64,000 nucleotides of DNA from Octopus sinensis. Taxonomy: Eukaryota. The notes under the pieces were generated by a model. The model had not been told where the DNA came from. It worked only from the letters and a program-made list of their open reading frames with translations, and ran no database searches. The stretch spans positions 125,736,001 to 125,800,000 of the forward strand of contig NC_042999.1 in assembly GCF_006345805.1 (NCBI RefSeq). Direction: 5' to 3'. Both the position numbers and the translations under genes were made by a program. The first letter of the stretch is position 1; each line of letters begins with the position of its first letter. Shown here one piece after another: positions 60,830 through 64,000 of this stretch.

Positions 60830-63476
60830 GGAAGTGAACAAAGGACAAGACAGGTAATCTCGTTTACTTCCTGATAAATAGAGAAAAGGAAAATCGAATG
60901 GGGGAGAGTTCAGAATACAGCAACTGTATTGCATGGATAGTACAAAATACGAGAGAGAGCTGCATACGGATCAGACCGTTTACCACCTACCTTTGGGCAA
61001 TCAAGGTCTGGACATGAAATTCTTTGGGTATTATACCTTTTGTTACATAATTTCATCTTTGAATATTAATTCACTGATTGTACAATTTCTGTAGTTGCAT
61101 TCAGAAGTTCACCCCTTTTATACATAAGAATTTGCCTGATCGTAACACAGTTAAAAAAGCCATATCTTTTGAAGCATTATAAGCTGACAGTTTTGTTTTC
61201 ACCCTATTGACTTTTGTTAATCTGAGCACAAAATAAGGTGTGAAATAATTGTTTATCTTTTTCCCATCTTTAAAAAAAAGTTTGGCGTGATGCAATTACT
61301 TTTTCTTCATTGTTTAACTATTTTGGCATATCTTTGTAGAACTTTATGCTTCGTTGTATTTCTTCTACGATAATGTTTTATTGACTGTTATAGTTTCATC
61401 ACAGGAGGTCTTGTTTAGTAATTCCAAACAAGGGGACCTCCTGTGATGCAGTTATTGTTCTAAATCTTGCCTATTAGTAGTAAAGTCTAAGTGAGGATTA
61501 TTAGGCTTTGCACTGAGGCTTCAAGTATTTCTTTGGCTTAAAATCTTCTGCTCAACTTCACCATTATTTCTTGTTCTTTTTGGTTTTTAAAATTATTGAA
61601 ATGCCTAATTTGTGTGTGTGCATGCGTGCTGTACTAACTAAAGTTCCCTAGGTGATTCAGCAAAGAAAGTTTGCTCTTAAACACTGTGTAACTTAATAAA
61701 AAAAGTTTTTCGGTGGTGCCAGTGTGTCCAATGAACTTGTCTAGTTGTTAACTGTTGAAAAAATTGTGTTGTAAAAGTTGTGTAAAAGTTAAAACCGGAA
61801 AGAATGGGAGTAACTTTTATATCCAAATGTGTGAGGATGTGTGGCCTTATGATGAGAGCATTGGGCTTGCAATTGTTTGGTTGTAGGTTCATTTCTCAGA
61901 CCAGGTGCCATGTTGTGTCCTTGAGCAAGGCACTTCTTTTCATGTTGCTCCAGAACTTAGCTGAAAATGAGTACCTGTGGCATATAATGTTTCAGGTTAC
62001 ATATTAAAAGAAAATATTCCAACGGCCGTTTCTAGAAAATATTCCAATGGCTGTCTGGGTAAAAATAAATCTTAAAATTCATTTTCGGAGAATGTCTCCT
62101 TCATCAGGGGAAAAGTGATATTGACGGTAGATATGCATTCAGTGCAATGCCAAAGTATGAGGTAATTGCATGCTTTTATAGAAGAATAGATATAACTATG
62201 CAAATAACGGGAATCTTTATGAGGGCTAATGGAGGTAAAAATTACATTATGTACTGAATTTATTGAAATTTATATTCAGCAATATACTGTTATGTGCAAC
62301 AGGGTGTTAAGTTTTGCAATGGAAATTACTAAGGCTATTATTGAGTACATTCAGAGTCTCATGAAAGTACAATAGTATCTGTGATTATATGATTAAATAG
62401 CATTGGAAAACTTATTTAATATACTAGACATAAGTTTCATGAACTACAAAATTTATCTGTTTATCTGTCCATTACATTTTTATGTTCGTTAACTCCTCCT
62501 AGACTGTTGTAGCAAGGACAACGAAACTGAGACCAGCAACTCCCCTAATTCCAGGGTATGTCTTAAGGAGAGGGAGGGTCTATTTTTTTAAGGGCCACCT
62601 AATTGGGGCCTCACTGATCCCCCTATTTTTACTGCATTTTAAACTAAATACATGGCATTGACGATCAAATCAGAGCAATGACAATGAATTTCATACCATG
62701 AACTCCCAGGGAGTATCGTAAGGAGGTTCAATTTCTGAAGGGCCACTTATACATACACACGTACATGTGTGTGTACATGTTACTGTCATGATAGTTGTAA
62801 ATATCACCATCAAACAAATGGAGTCCTTTGATTCCTAATCATCTATGATAACATGTCTCATTGTGGGGGAACATTACCTTGCTTTCACTGATAGGAAGGG
62901 TGTCTGGCTTTAGAAAGTTTGCCTCAACCAATTCCATCTGACCCATGCAAGCATGGAAAAGTAGATGTTAAATGATGGTGACAATATGCTGATAGCTATA
63001 TCAGTGTGGAATGGCATAATCAATGCATCAAATGAAAAATACCTTGTAAAAGAATGTAATCAAGACAGAATCAAACATCCCATCTAGATGAACTTTGCTT
63101 TCAGTTCTATGAGGCTGATAAAATAAGTACCCGAGATTATAATTGAAAAATCCTGAAGGTGGTGTTGAAGTATGATTACAAACCAATGACTGGAATCAGT
63201 GAAAAAATGAAAGAATTCAGTACAGTGCTTGTGATTTCAATCCCAATCAAAATATGTCCCCAGAAAATGGAGGTGTCAATTGAAATAATGGATTAAAAAT
63301 AAAATCAAATATAGGATAAGATGAACTTAACAGTATCCTGAATAAATTTTATTATTCTATCTCTATATCTTAAAAAAATAAAGAATTCTTGCTTCTCTGT
63401 ATTAATAAGTAATGAAGTATGTTGATATATTGATACATTTTGATGTATTTATCTTCTTTTTTCTTTTTATCTAAAG

Positions 63477-63554
63477 GATTTTTGTTCTGGAAGATTTTTT
63501 ACTTGTTGAGGATTTCATCTCTGTGATGTATCCACAAATGGATAATGAACAGAA
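63477..63554 (+). CDS. ATXN10: Ataxin-10 coding exon 6 (gene continues beyond the window)
   Basis: Acceptor ctaaag|G and donor AA|gtaagt. 78 nt encoding (G)IFVLEDFLLVEDFISVMYPQMDNEQ, similar to human FLIITDLFLKSPELVQAMFPKLNNQE as I recall it. Confidence 0.85.
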
Positions 63555-64000
63555 GTAAGTGAATATTCTGAAATTTAATACACTATTATGGTGTGTGTGT
63601 GTGTGTGTGTGTGTGTGTGCATGCCTTGTTGGCATGTATTTTTGTGTGTAAGCATACATGCATGTCCACATGTTTGTATGCTTAACTTCAGAATCTTTGG
63701 CCAAAATACTTTGTTGTGTTGCAGGCGTAGCTGTGTGGTTAAGAAGTTTGCTTCCCAACCACATGGTTCCAGGTTCAGGGCAAATGTTTTCTACTATACC
63801 CCTGGGTCAGCCCAAGTCTTGTGAGTGGATTTGGTTGATGGAAACTGAAAGAGGCCTGTTGTGTGCGTGCGCTAAACATTGCAACAGTTGTATTCTTCTC
63901 TCTTTATCAAATTGCTTTGTAAGGTGCTCTTGTTCATATCCCATTTTCTCTTCCATTATCCATTTCTTCTGTCTCATTCCATTCGATAGTGCTCAAAATC

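Overview
This is AT-rich, repeat-dense animal genomic DNA. It is most likely an octopus or related coleoid cephalopod, inferred from the SINE/RTE families I recognise and not provable here. Two spliced genes are transcribed divergently, with start codons about 13.5 kb apart. HSD17B10 lies on the minus strand (5 coding exons, 18259 to 6651, 780-nt CDS, 259 aa, complete). ATXN10 (ataxin-10) lies on the plus strand (6 coding exons from 31773 to 63554, continuing past the window). All splice phases join in frame. The rest is introns and intergenic DNA filled with transposon material: a young 3-kb RTE-type LINE whose ORF carries a C4HC3 PHD finger after the RT, several truncated or chimeric RTE copies, relics of Tx1, CR1-like, Gypsy, piggyBac, maT (DD37D) and Tigger elements, hAT/piggyBac/Helitron non-autonomous elements, and many tRNA-derived SINEs. 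The most unusual observations are: (1) a 300-bp TSD-flanked element at 54645-54944 that joins a tRNA-type Pol III head to a minimal type I hammerhead ribozyme and has a Penelope-style inverted terminal segment; (2) a partial copy of HSD17B10 exon 3 fused to an RTE tail inside the gene's own intron 3; (3) an identical 399-bp direct repeat bracketing ATXN10 exon 3; (4) several long intronic palindromes and inverted SINE clusters that could form dsRNA. All alignments and folds were done by eye. No database search was run.
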